From contig CM000150.2 in NCBI GenBank assembly GCA_000004695.1, forward strand, positions 1,760,001-1,824,000: a stretch of 64,000 nucleotides of DNA, in the 5' to 3' direction. Positions 39,322-51,083 of the stretch are shown piece by piece. Every line of letters starts with the position of its first letter. Within the stretch, counting starts at the first letter, position 1. The translations under genes and the position numbers were made by a program. The DNA is from Dictyostelium discoideum. Its lineage: Eukaryota. The notes beneath the pieces are model-generated. The model had not been told where the DNA came from. It made no database searches and saw only the letters and a program-made list of their open reading frames with translations.

Positions 39322-41673
39322 AAATTTATAACTTTCTTTGTATTTTTCCTTATTATTGTATTTATAGTAAATGGCCAAGGTTCAGTAAGTTCATCGTCAA
39401 ACAATTCTCCCTCATCTTCATTAGATTCTTTGAAACCAGGATCAGAAGGTTCAATAAGTTCATCACAATCTGGATCTGAAAGTTCAAGAGGCTCTTCACA
39501 TTCAGCACCCGAAGTTCCAACTGGTTCTTCACATTCAACCTCTGAAGTTTCAAGTGATTCTTCAAACTCAGCATCTAAAGTTCCAACTAGTTCTTCACAT
39601 TCAGCTTCTGAAGCATCTACTGGCTCGTCACATTCTGAATCAGAAGTTCCAAGTGGTTCAACACATTCATCATCTGAGGTTTCAACTGGTTCATCAAATT
39701 CAGCCTCTGAAGTTTCAATTGGTTCATCACATTCAACATCAGAAGTTTCAACTGGTTCATCACATTCAACATCAGAAGTTCCAAGTGGCTCATCACATTC
39801 AACATCAGAAGTTTCAACTGGTTCATCACATTCAGCCTCTGAAGTTTCAATTGGTTCATCACATTCAACATCTGAAGTTCCAACTGGCTCATCACATTCA
39901 TCATCTGAAGTTCCAACTGGCTCATCACATTCATCATCTGAAGTTCCAACTGGTTCATCACATTCATCATCTGAAGTTCCAACTGGCTCATCACATTCAT
40001 CATCTGAAGTTCCAACTGGTTCATCACATTCAGCCTCTGAAGTTCCAACTGGTTCATCAAATTCAGCCTCTGAAGTTCCAAGTGATTCATCACATTCAGC
40101 CTCTGAAGTTCCAAGTGGCTCTTCACATTCAGCCTCTGAAGTTCCAACTGGTTCATCACATTCAGCCTCTGAAGTTCCAACTGGCTCATCACATTCATCA
40201 TCTGAAGTTCCAAGTGATTCATCAAATTCAGCTTCTGAAGTTCCAACTGGTTCATCACATTCAAATTCTGAAGTTCCAACTGGTTCATCACATTCAGCAT
40301 CTGAAGTTTCAACAGGTTCATCACATTCAGCATCAGAAGTATCAACAAGTTCATCACTTTCAGCTTCCGAAGTTTCAGCTGGTTCGTCACACTCAGCTTC
40401 TGAAGTATCAGCTGGTTCATCAAATTCAGCATCCGAAGTTCCAACTGGTTCGTCACATTCTAAATCCGAAGTTCCAAATGGTTCATCACATTCAGCTTCT
40501 GAAGTTCCAATTGGCTCTTCACATTCAGCATCCGAAGTTTCTACTAGTTCTTCACATTCAGCATCCGAAGTTCCAAATGGTTCATCACATTCAAGATCCG
40601 AAGTTTCAACTAGTTCTTCAAATTCAGGATCTGAAGTTTCTACTAGTTCTTCACATTCAGGATCTGAAGTTTCGACAAGTTCTTCAAATTCAGCTTCTGA
40701 AGTATCAACTGGCTCATCACGTTCAACATCAGAAGTCTCAACTAGTTCTTCAAATTCAGCATCTGAAGTTCTAAGTGGCTCTTCAAATTCAGCATCTGAA
40801 GTTCTAACAGGTTCTTCAAATTCAGCATCTGAAGTTCCAACAGGTTCTTCAAATTCAGCATCTGAAGTTCCAACAGATTCTTCCAATTCAGCATCTGAAG
40901 TTCCAACAGGTTCTTCAAATTCAGCATCTGAAGTTCCAACTGGTTCTTCAAATTCAGTAACTGAAGTTCCAACTGGTTCATCAAATTCAGCATCATCAAA
41001 TTCAGTGTCCGAAGTTCCAACTGGTTCTTCAAATTCAGTAACTGAAGTTTCAACTACCTCATCACATTCAGCATCTGGTTCTTCACATTCAACATCTGAA
41101 GTTTCAACTGGTTCATCACAATCTGGATCAGAAGGCTCAACTGGTTCAAATGGTTCATCACACTCTGGATCAGAAGGTTCAATTGGTTCAGGATCATTAA
41201 ATTCAGGATCAGTGTCACATAATAGTGATAGTGGATCTGAAGATTCAAATGGTTCATCACAATCTGGATCAGAAGTTTCCAATGGTTCATCACAATCTGT
41301 ATCTGAAGGTTCGATTGGTTCAGGATCATTTAATTCAGGATCAGGATCACATAACAGTGATAGTGGATCATCGTTGGATGGTAAAACAACATGTATTTCA
41401 TATCAAGATACTATTTCAATTAAAACTCTTGAAACTGGTGAAATTGAATGTACAGGTAAGGGTGAAACAAGATGTATTTCTGATAATAGCTACAAATGTT
41501 CATCCAAACAAAAACAAGGTTCACTTGAATGCTCTGTAAATGGTTACATAAAATGTACTGGTTCAAATATTAAATGTAGAATTGGTAATACTGTTTGTTC
41601 AATTCAAAACTCACTTTTAGAAATTACTGAAAAACCAATCTTTACAAGAGGTCTTCGTCAATCTCATCATTAA
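39319..41673 (+). CDS. Secreted serine-rich repeat protein (784 aa). It has a signal peptide, about 48 tandem 11-aa repeats ([11 protein letters not shown]) and a C-terminal Cys-rich domain
   Basis: The signal peptide is [19 protein letters not shown] and follows a poly(A) promoter. A 33-bp unit is repeated from about 39520 to 41100. The C-terminus has 12 spaced cysteines (CISYQD...[19 protein letters not shown]...[24 protein letters not shown]). The stop is followed by a T/A-rich terminator region. The longer antisense ORF reads through a poly(A) tract and is taken to be an artefact. Confidence 0.7.
39520..41100 (+). repeat. Coding minisatellite: a 33-bp unit (ggttcatcacattcagcctctgaagttccaact) times about 48, with point variants
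   Basis: The period-33 repetition is visible on direct inspection and is open in several frames on both strands. Confidence 0.85.
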
Positions 41674-41698
41674 ACTTTTTTCTTTTTCTTTTTCTTTG

Positions 41699-41751
<53 letters not shown>

Positions 41752-41908
41752 AAACCTTTTCCTGAAATGTAAAATTAATATATATATATTGTAATTAAAA
41801 AAAGAAAGAAAATAAAATAAAATGATTTATTATTAAAACAATTTTAAATTTACAAATCAAAGTTACAACAACTTTATTTATTATTGTCTATTGTTTATTA
41901 TTATTATA

Positions 41909-44900
41909 TTATTTATTATTATTTCCAGTATTTTGTAATAATTTCTTTAAAGATGCAATTTCTAAATCTTTCTTTTTTATAATTGAAATTAAAGTTTGTT
42001 GATCCAATTTTTCATAATCGAAATGGTCAATATCACGTTCAGAAGCTTCAATTAATATTGGTAATAGTTCTGATAATATTTGATCGCTAGTTGGTCTATT
42101 ATCAGGATTTATATCAATCATTCTAAGTATTAAATTTGATTCTTCAGGGTGTTTACTTGTGAACCAACTTGGTAAAATTCCATTCTTTAAATTCTTAATA
42201 TGAGTAGTTCTTTCAAATTGAGTTTCAAATCCACCTACAATCATTTCAAATAATATAATTCCACAACTATAAATATCAGTTTTATTTGTATACCATGTAT
42301 TAGTATATCCTCCACCTCCAAAAACACCTTTATTTGATAATTGTTCTGGTGATGCATAAGTTAGAGTACCAACACCAACTGTATTCACTGAAATTGAATT
42401 ATAAAACATGAATGGTGTTGTAGATGTTGTTGCTGTTGCTGTTGTTGTTGAAGAAGAAGAAGAAATCGTGCAACCAAGTGATGAATTTAAATGAGTTGTT
42501 GCTGCTGTTGATGATAATGATGAAGATAATGGTTTAGATGGTGAAACTGAAATTGTTGGTGTAATTGTTGATGTTGGTGGTGTTGAAATTGGTATAGTAT
42601 TTGCAGAAGAAGTTGGAGTTGTATCAATTGGAGTAGTGGAGGGTGTATTATTAGTTAATGGTGTTGTTGAAGGTGTGGTAGCAGTAATATCTTTTACCAA
42701 ACCGAAATCACCAATTTTAATGACACCACTTGAAAGGAATAAATTTGCAGGTTTTAAATCCCTATGAATCATACCCATAGAATGAATATAATTAACACCT
42801 GTAATAATTTGTTTAAATAATGATAAAATTGTAGTTTTACTATTATTTTTAAAATCAGGATTCTCTAATAAATCTCTCAATGTTTTACCTTCACAATATT
42901 GAGTTTGAATATATACTGTATATTTTAATCTTAAATTATTGCTATTACTATTTTTATCATTATTTCGATTATTATTATTATTATTATTATTTCGATTATT
43001 ATTATTATTATTTAAATTATTAATACCAATTAATTGAGAATTTGATAATTGTTTAGTTGATAAAGTTAATCCTTTTGGTTTATTTCCTTCACTACTATCA
43101 CTATCACCTATACTACTACTATTACCACTACCACTACTAGCACCACTACCACTACTTGGATTATATATTTTACCTTTTTTCTTTTTTATAGGTTTAACAA
43201 AAGGAATCATTGATTTACTAATTGTTAATGCCTTAATCATCTCTTTAATATTTTCATTTTCAAAATCAATATTATCACTATCACTTTCACTTTCTTCACT
43301 TTCATCACTCTCACTTTCTTCACTCTCACTTTCTTCGCTCTCACTTTCACTATAAATTTCATCACTATCACTTTCTTCAATTTCACTCTCATCACTTTCA
43401 CTATTATTTGTAAGATTGAACTTTTCAAAATATTCACTTATGGAATATTCTTGAGAATTAGTATTGGTTACACTATCATTCAATGAAAATGATATTGATA
43501 AATTTCTTTTGAATGGATATTTTTTATCATTCCTCTTCTTCTTTAAATTACTACTAATACTATTATTACTACAACTACTCTTTTTAAAACCTCCTTTGAA
43601 TTTAATAGAATCTGAAAAATTACTATTACTAACATCATCTTCATCTTCATCTTCATCTTCATCTTCATCTTGATCTTCAAAAAAACTATCATCACTTTCA
43701 TCATTATCATTATTACCAGTACCTAAACTACCCTCAACTGAACTAAAACTTGAAGATCTTGGTTTATTATTTTTTGGATCCAATTCTAACCAAGCATTAT
43801 GATATCTTAAAATATTAATATGATCTAATTTTGCTAATGCTACAACTTCACGTACAACTTTTTCAATTTTACTCGATGCATTTGTTGGTGATTGATTATT
43901 TGATATTGAGAAATTCACTTTCTTTATTGCATATTTATGTCCATCCAATACATACTCTGATAAATAAACTGACCCAAATCCACCTGATCCTAATTTTGAT
44001 ATCTCTTTAAACTCTCTTTGATATCTTAAAATATTACCAAATGTCGAACTTGGTAATGCTTTTTGTTGTTGTTGTTGCTGTTGTTGCTGTTGTTGTAGAA
44101 ATTGGTATTGTTGTAATTGTTGATATTGATAAAAATTTGAAAAAAATGATGAATCAATTAAAAAACTACCTTCTTTTTTTATTGGTTTTTGATAAATTGC
44201 TAAAGGATTATTATTATTATCACTACCACCACCAAATACTTTATTATTTTCACCCTATAAATAAAAAAATACACATTAATCATATTGTTAATATATATAT
44301 ATATATATATATTCACTAAAAATCATACATACAAGTTTTAAATTTGTAACATTTAATGCATTTTGAAATAATTCTCTATAATAATCCAAGTAAAGTGATT
44401 TAAATTGTGATGACCTTAATATATTCGATGGTACACCCATTAATTCAATATCAACTACACTCTTCATAAATGTTGATAATTTCTTTTGATCTAATTGATT
44501 CGATTGAAAAAAGTTTTCTGAAATTAACATTTTTAATAATATCTTTTTTTGTTTAAATAAGTCATCTAATGATTTTTTGAAAAGTATTAGTAAAAATATA
44601 TATATATATATATTTATTATTGTTAATAATAATAATTGTTATCAAACATACCACAAGATTCAACTAATTCCATAGCATCAATTGTATCAATAAAACTTTT
44701 CGATTTTGATAAAACTATATTACCATGATTTTTTAATTTTTTATTGGTTTTATTAATACTACCATTATTATTATTATTATTATCAGAATCAACTTCAGTT
44801 GGAGTTTTCACCTCTTCTTCTTCTTCTTCTTCTTCACCTGAATTTGAGTTTATAACTAGAATTCTTGATTTTGATCTTGTGAGTTCTAATTTTGATGTAT

Positions 44901-45169
44901 TGTTTTTAATGATTTTCTTATATTCTGATCTTAATCTTTCATTCTCTTCATCTCTACTATTACTATTACTATTACTATTACTATTACTATTACTATTACT
45001 ATTACTATTACTATTACTATTACTATTATTACCATTACCATTATTACTATTTATACTGTTAAAATTAAAGTTATCAAAAGAAGGTATTGATACAGAACTA
45101 TGAACTAAATTATATCTTCCATTAAAATAATCATTACTACTACTATTATTATTACTATTACTATTATTA

Positions 45170-45205
<36 letters not shown>

Positions 45206-45333
45206 TTGGGTATATTATCGTTTTTTAAATAATCATCACTACTAATTGCTATTCCTCTGACTACCTGGGCAAAAGCTGTTGATTCTTCTTCAAGTAAAGA
45301 ATTTATCATATTATTTTTATTATCGAACCCCAT
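41909..45333 (-). CDS. Ser/Thr protein kinase of the eIF2alpha-kinase (PEK/GCN2/HRI-like) type, about 1086 aa. Three exons, approximately 45333-44652, 44565-44333 and 44254-41909
   Basis: The kinase motifs are [42 protein letters not shown] and [13 protein letters not shown] large acidic and Ser-rich insert lies between beta4 and beta5, followed by [21 protein letters not shown], which is the hallmark of eIF2alpha kinases. The donors are GTATGT and GTATGT and the acceptors ATTAG and TTTATAG, in phase. The M shown at 43948 in the ORF track is an internal TTG codon. Confidence 0.65.
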
Positions 45334-45583
45334 TCATTAATAATAAGTATCCATACTAATCTAATTTTATAAAATTACTATTATTATTATTATAATTATT
45401 ATTATTACTATAATTATTAATATTAGTTGGTTTTTCTGTTTTTCTGTTTTTTTTATTTTTATTTTTTTTTTTTTTTTTGGGGTTAATATAATACTATTGT
45501 GTCATTCATAAAAAAATAAAAAAAAAATAAAAAATCTTGTTGGTTTTTTTTTTTTTTTTATTTTCTTTTTTTTATTTTATTTC

Positions 45584-45614
<31 letters not shown>

Positions 45615-45956
45615 GAAAACGACACCCACAACTTTTTAATTAAAAAATTTAAGGTAAATTCAAAGAAACCTTTATTTGAAATTTCAATTTTGTTTTTATT
45701 TTTTTATTTTTTTTTATGAGTCAATTTATTAAAATGTCGCTATCATGGAAAATATTAATACAGTCAAATTAAAATATTTCCATAAATGAATAATAAAAAT
45801 TTTAAAAAATAAGGTATTTTTTTTTTTTTATTTTTTTTTCTTTATAAGTTAAATTTTATTATTTTAAAATCTGTGAGTTTTGTATTAATTTTTTAGAAAA
45901 AGCTGACAATATTTTTGATTTGAGACAAAAAAAAATGAATGAATTTCCTTTTTGGT

Positions 45957-45987
<31 letters not shown>

Positions 45988-46444
45988 GGGAAATCAATTT
46001 TTCAAATATTTAAAATCAAATTCGATTTTAATTATTAAAACTATTTTTAAATTAATATAAATATCTTTTGCTATCAAAAAAATTATGATACAAATTTAGA
46101 TTATGTACTATGTATGTTTTTTTGGTTTTTTTCTTTTCAATTAAAAAAAAAAAAAAAAAATACCATATTCCTGCTCTCTTTAAAAAATATAATAGGGAGA
46201 TAAGATTTTGGTCAACTCAAACTAAACTAACCTCATATTAATTTCGATAATATAAAATAGTGTATATATTAATCATTTTTGGAAAATTATTATAATAAAT
46301 AACAATAAAAAAATAATAAAAAAATAAAATTAAAATTTAATTAAATTCTTTGAATAAGGGTGTACATTCTTTATAGAATAATATATACACAAAATTTATC
46401 AATTGATGGTGATCAAAATATTTAAAAAAATTATTTAAAAAAAA

Positions 46445-46574
46445 CCCACTCACCCAGTGTGAGAATGTTCAAAAATAGTTAAAAACATAACACCCATATA
46501 GGGTCAAACCACTAATAAAAAAAAAAAAAATAAAAAGACCACTTTAACCCATTCCCACACACACATATCAGTGT
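46445..46574. promoter_or_regulatory. Cluster of CA-rich / G-box-like elements (cccactcacccagtgtgag ... cccattcccacacacacat) in the long intergenic region between the kinase gene and the 4TM gene. A further one sits at 47417-47445 (caccacccccactcacacaaacacacaat)
   Basis: These islands are conspicuous against the AT-rich background. Their position is promoter-proximal, about 480 bp upstream of ATG 47927 for the last one. Confidence 0.3.
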
Positions 46575-46910
46575 TTAATATATTCATTAAATTTATATAC
46601 AAATTTTTCTTTCACGTGTAAATGTATGATAAATTTTTTTAAAATAAATATATTTTTTGAAAAAAAAAAAAAAATAAAAAAAAAAAAAAAAAAAAATAAT
46701 ATTAAAAGAAAAAAAAAAAAAATAATAATAATACAATTAAATTTATTTATTTATTTATTTATAGAGAAAAGATAACTTATTTAGATATTGTGTATCACAT
46801 TTATTGTTAATATATATAAACAGTAGGGATTTCAATTTAATTATTTGATTTAAAAAATTGATTTTTTTTTTTTTTTTTAATTATTTATTCCTTTTTTTTT
46901 ATTATTTAAT

Positions 46911-46960
<50 letters not shown>

Positions 46961-47138
46961 AATTATATATTATTTAATTTATCAATTGAATTATAATTAT
47001 TTATTTTAGATAATAATAATAATAATAATAATAAACTTTTTTTAAAAAAAATAAAATCACATACAATTAAAATCAAAAACAAATAATATAATATCATCAT
47101 TGCTTCAGTTAATTAAAATAATTGTATACTAATAATTA

Positions 47139-47181
<43 letters not shown>

Positions 47182-47482
47182 CCTTAAAGTAAAATCAATA
47201 CATTTTATTTAAAAATAAAAAAAATCTAAACCTTATTTTTTTTTTTTTTTTTTAAATTAACTTTATTAAAAATATTAAAAAATCAATCATTTTATTTTTT
47301 ATTTTTTTTTTTTTTTAAATATTAATAAATCAATACTATACTATAATTTATAATTTCACTTTCATATATTATTACTATTTTTATACCATTATCAAAAAAA
47401 GTAATTTATTTATAAACACCACCCCCACTCACACAAACACACAATAATTGAATAATTAAAAAAAAAAAAATTTTTAAAATTA

Positions 47483-47532
<50 letters not shown>

Positions 47533-47926
47533 ATTCACTTTTTTAATATAATTATACATATAATATTTCAATAATATTGTATAAAAAAACAAACCATAAT
47601 ATTTTAAAAAAAAACAAAATTTGTAATAATTATTTGTTTATTTTATTTGTTTTATATTTGGTATTTTTTAAAAAATTTGATTATCAATTTTTTTAATTGT
47701 ATTTTTTTTTTTAAAAAAAAAAATTAAAAATAAATTATTGTTTATTTACTAATTAAAAAAATCTATATTTTATATATATATATAGTATTGATTTATTCAA
47801 AATATAATTACAAATTTTAGAGTTCAATTTTATAATTTTTTAATTGTTCAAAAAAAAAAAAAAAATTAAATTAAAAGAAATAAAAAAAACTATATATAAA
47901 AGTATCGACATAAATATAAAATTAAA

Positions 47927-47967
47927 ATGGGTGCAATTGGAAAAACAAAGTAAGTAATTTATTGAAT

Positions 47968-48012
<45 letters not shown>

Positions 48013-48802
48013 ATTTATTAACAATTTAATAATAAAAATAATAAAATAAAAGAGTATTTTTATGGTTAGGTACCATTATATTAATGTTAGCAGGTAGTCT
48101 TGCTATGATTATCTATAATAAACCTTTACAATTACAAGGATTAGGTACAAAAACTATAGTGGGACAGGTGTGGTTTAATGCTGTATTAGCTTTACATTCA
48201 ATTTATTTAATTGGTGTAGGTTTCGAATTAATTTCAAGAGCATATCTTATGATGGTTGGTTCAACTTGTTCAGAACAAAGAAGAGGATTTTTATGTTGTT
48301 TTGTATATTCAATGGTAAATTTTTTATTTATTTTTTTTAAAAAAAATTAAATCTCCTTTTATTTTATTTTTTTTTTAATTATATTTTATTAACAATCTTT
48401 TAAAAATATTATTAATTATTATAGAGTATTTGGTGGAAATTAATGATGATTTTAGGTGTTGTTTCATCTATTGTATTATGTGGTTTGACAGCATTAGTGA
48501 TTGTATTAGAAGGATTTGCAAAAATAAAGATTATTCGTTTAGCAGTTACAGATGCAGTAACATTGGTTCAATTATTCTTTAGTGTAATATGTTTTGTAAC
48601 ATCAAGAGCCACCCAAAAAATGCAAGATGAAGAAGAGGAAGCACTTCATGGTGTTAAAAAACAAGAACTCCAACCAACTAATTCTGCTGCATCAACTCCA
48701 TCTTCTGCTCCACCATGTTATATTGTTGATGAGAAAAAAGATTCTGCTTCTCCATCTGGTCAATCTAAAGATTCTGAACCTTCAGCAGTTTTACCAGCTT
48801 AA
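47927..48802 (+). CDS. Small four-pass transmembrane protein of about 220 aa. Three exons, approximately 47927-47949, 48053-48314 and 48425-48802
   Basis: The micro-exon ATGGGTGCAATTGGAAAAACAAA is followed by GTAAGT. The acceptor AAAAG sits at the correct phase. The second donor is GTAAAT and the second acceptor TATAG. Four hydrophobic helices are followed by an acidic and S/P-rich tail. The family is not recognised. Confidence 0.5.
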
Positions 48803-49150
48803 ATATTTTTAAAAAATTTTTAAAAATAATAAAAAACAATAATAATAATTTTATAATACTATCTTTTTTTTTTTAAATAACAAAAAATATTAACAAATAC
48901 TATAACTCAAAGTAAAATAAATGATTTGAATATAATAAAAAAAAAAACAAATAAAAAAAAAACAAATAAAAAAACAAATAAAAAATAAAAAAATAAAAAA
49001 ATAAAAAAATAAAAAAATAAAAAAATAAAAAAAACAAATAAAAAATTAAAAAAAAAAAAAAAATTAAATAGATAACTTTTTTTTTTTTTTGAATATATAT
49101 TTTTTTTTTTTTTTATTTTCTTTTATTTCATTATTTTTTAATTATTTCTT

Positions 49151-49374
49151 TTATTCATTAGATTTACTAGTTAATTGAGCCAATCTTTGTCTAAGTGAAG
49201 CGACAGTTGAATTTAAATCATTTGATGAACTAGTTGATGGTGAATTTTGATGACTATTATTATTATTACTACCACTATTTTGATCAGGATTTAAAGTTCT
49301 TAAACGTTGAAGTGTATTTGAAGCCATTGATGCAGTATTTGATAATTGTGGTGCTATATTTTCATTACCACCAC

Positions 49375-49456
<82 letters not shown>

Positions 49457-50974
49457 TACAACTTGAGATGATGGTTGATTATGTTGATTATAAAATGTAT
49501 TTTGAATTACTTTTAATCTTTCTTGATAATTTACAACTTCATCATCTTTATCTTTTGGTGCATCCATTGAGTCCTTAATCTTTTTAAGATTTCTAGTGAT
49601 ATATGCTTGGAATTGTTGTGAACTTGAATTTAAATTTGGTGTTATATCATAGTCTGGATATTCTCTAATAAAGAAATATAAATCATGAATACCATCCAAT
49701 GTTAAATCTTTATTTCCAATTTTTTTGAAAATTTCAATTAATAACTCTTTCTTTTGTGAATCTGTTTTACCTGAGTAATCTCTTGGTTCTTTATTAATTT
49801 TTAATGTTGATAATGTTGATTGAGTTTTACCAGTTGTTGTTGTTGTTGTTGTTGTTGTTGTAGTATTTGCTGAAGTTGTAGGTAGTTGTTGTTGTTGTGA
49901 ATTACTTGAACCAGTTGAAGTTCTAGATCTTGTTGTTGTTGTTGTTGTATTATTACTATTATGATGATCATTAATTGGTGAATCTAAACTACTATTAATA
50001 TTAATATTATTTATATTTTCTCTTCCACTATTATTATTATTATTACCACCACTACTAACTCTACCACCATTATTATTATTATTATTACTGCCACCACTAC
50101 TTATTCTATTACCATTACCATTACCATTTATTAAATCTTCAAATTGTTTTGGTACTAATTCAATTAAAAGATTAAGTAAATATTGATATTTTTGTTGTTG
50201 ACCTTTTGATATGATATCTTTTGTAAATTTAACAACTTGATTAGTTCTATTTTGATAAAGTTCAGAAGTAAGAGTTTTTGTAGTTTTTCTGGTGATTTCA
50301 TCTAGGGAAGGATTTGATTTTAAGAAGGAATTAATTTCCGATAAGACGGTTTCGACATTTAATTCCTCCAAAATAGAAGGAGTTGTCAAAGATTTAGTAG
50401 CACGTAATAAGCAACGTAACAAAAGATCATTGTATTTACCAGGATGTTGAATGCTTTGATCATTATCAGTTCTAGACATCATTTGAAGTAGCGTACTAAA
50501 CAGTATGGTGCTATTACAATTTTGAAGGATACGTAATAGAATTTGATTGAATGCTTTCGATAATTCAGATTCAGTTCCTTGTTTACTTGAATTTGATTCG
50601 GCCAAACTGTACAATTTAATGGTTTCATTTAAAACGATCTCTAAACATCTAACATTACATTGTTTTGCCACAACCTTATTTGAAAGTATAGAGATAATAG
50701 TATGAATTAAATATTTACAAAGTCTAAGTATTGTAGCATCCTTTGATACCTGTGGGAATGTATCTGCTAAAATACTTGTTAAAACTAAGAAATACTCTTC
50801 TGCAAAATTTACAAATACATCATCAAGTTTACCATTTGCCATTAATCCTGAAAATTGTTTCAATGCTTCAACTGTATGTTCAATATTTTCTTTTGTAATA
50901 CTATAATTTTTTAATAATTCTAAACAACCAATTAATTGTGTTGACATTTCATCTGTTGATAATGATTTACGTGG

Positions 50975-51015
<41 letters not shown>

Positions 51016-51018
51016 GAA

Positions 51019-51083
<65 letters not shown>

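Noticed and set aside
39282-41282. 666-aa minus-strand ORF (and the 406-aa and 279-aa repeat-frame ORFs) overlapping the Ser-rich gene
   Set aside because: These are products of the 33-bp repeat being open in several frames. The minus ORF would start inside a poly(T) tract, has no signal peptide or promoter context, and encodes an E/D/C low-complexity sequence. The plus frame has a signal peptide, a clean stop and a terminator.
43237-43673. ORFs at 43237-43437 on the minus strand and 43464-43673 on the plus strand within the kinase gene
   Set aside because: These are repeat-driven alternative-frame ORFs in the acidic (GAA/GAT)n insert of the kinase. The kinase frame is supported by catalytic motifs on both sides.
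44744-45103. Plus-strand 119-aa poly-L/poly-S ORF
   Set aside because: It is antisense to kinase exon 1 ((AAT)n and (AGT)n tracts).
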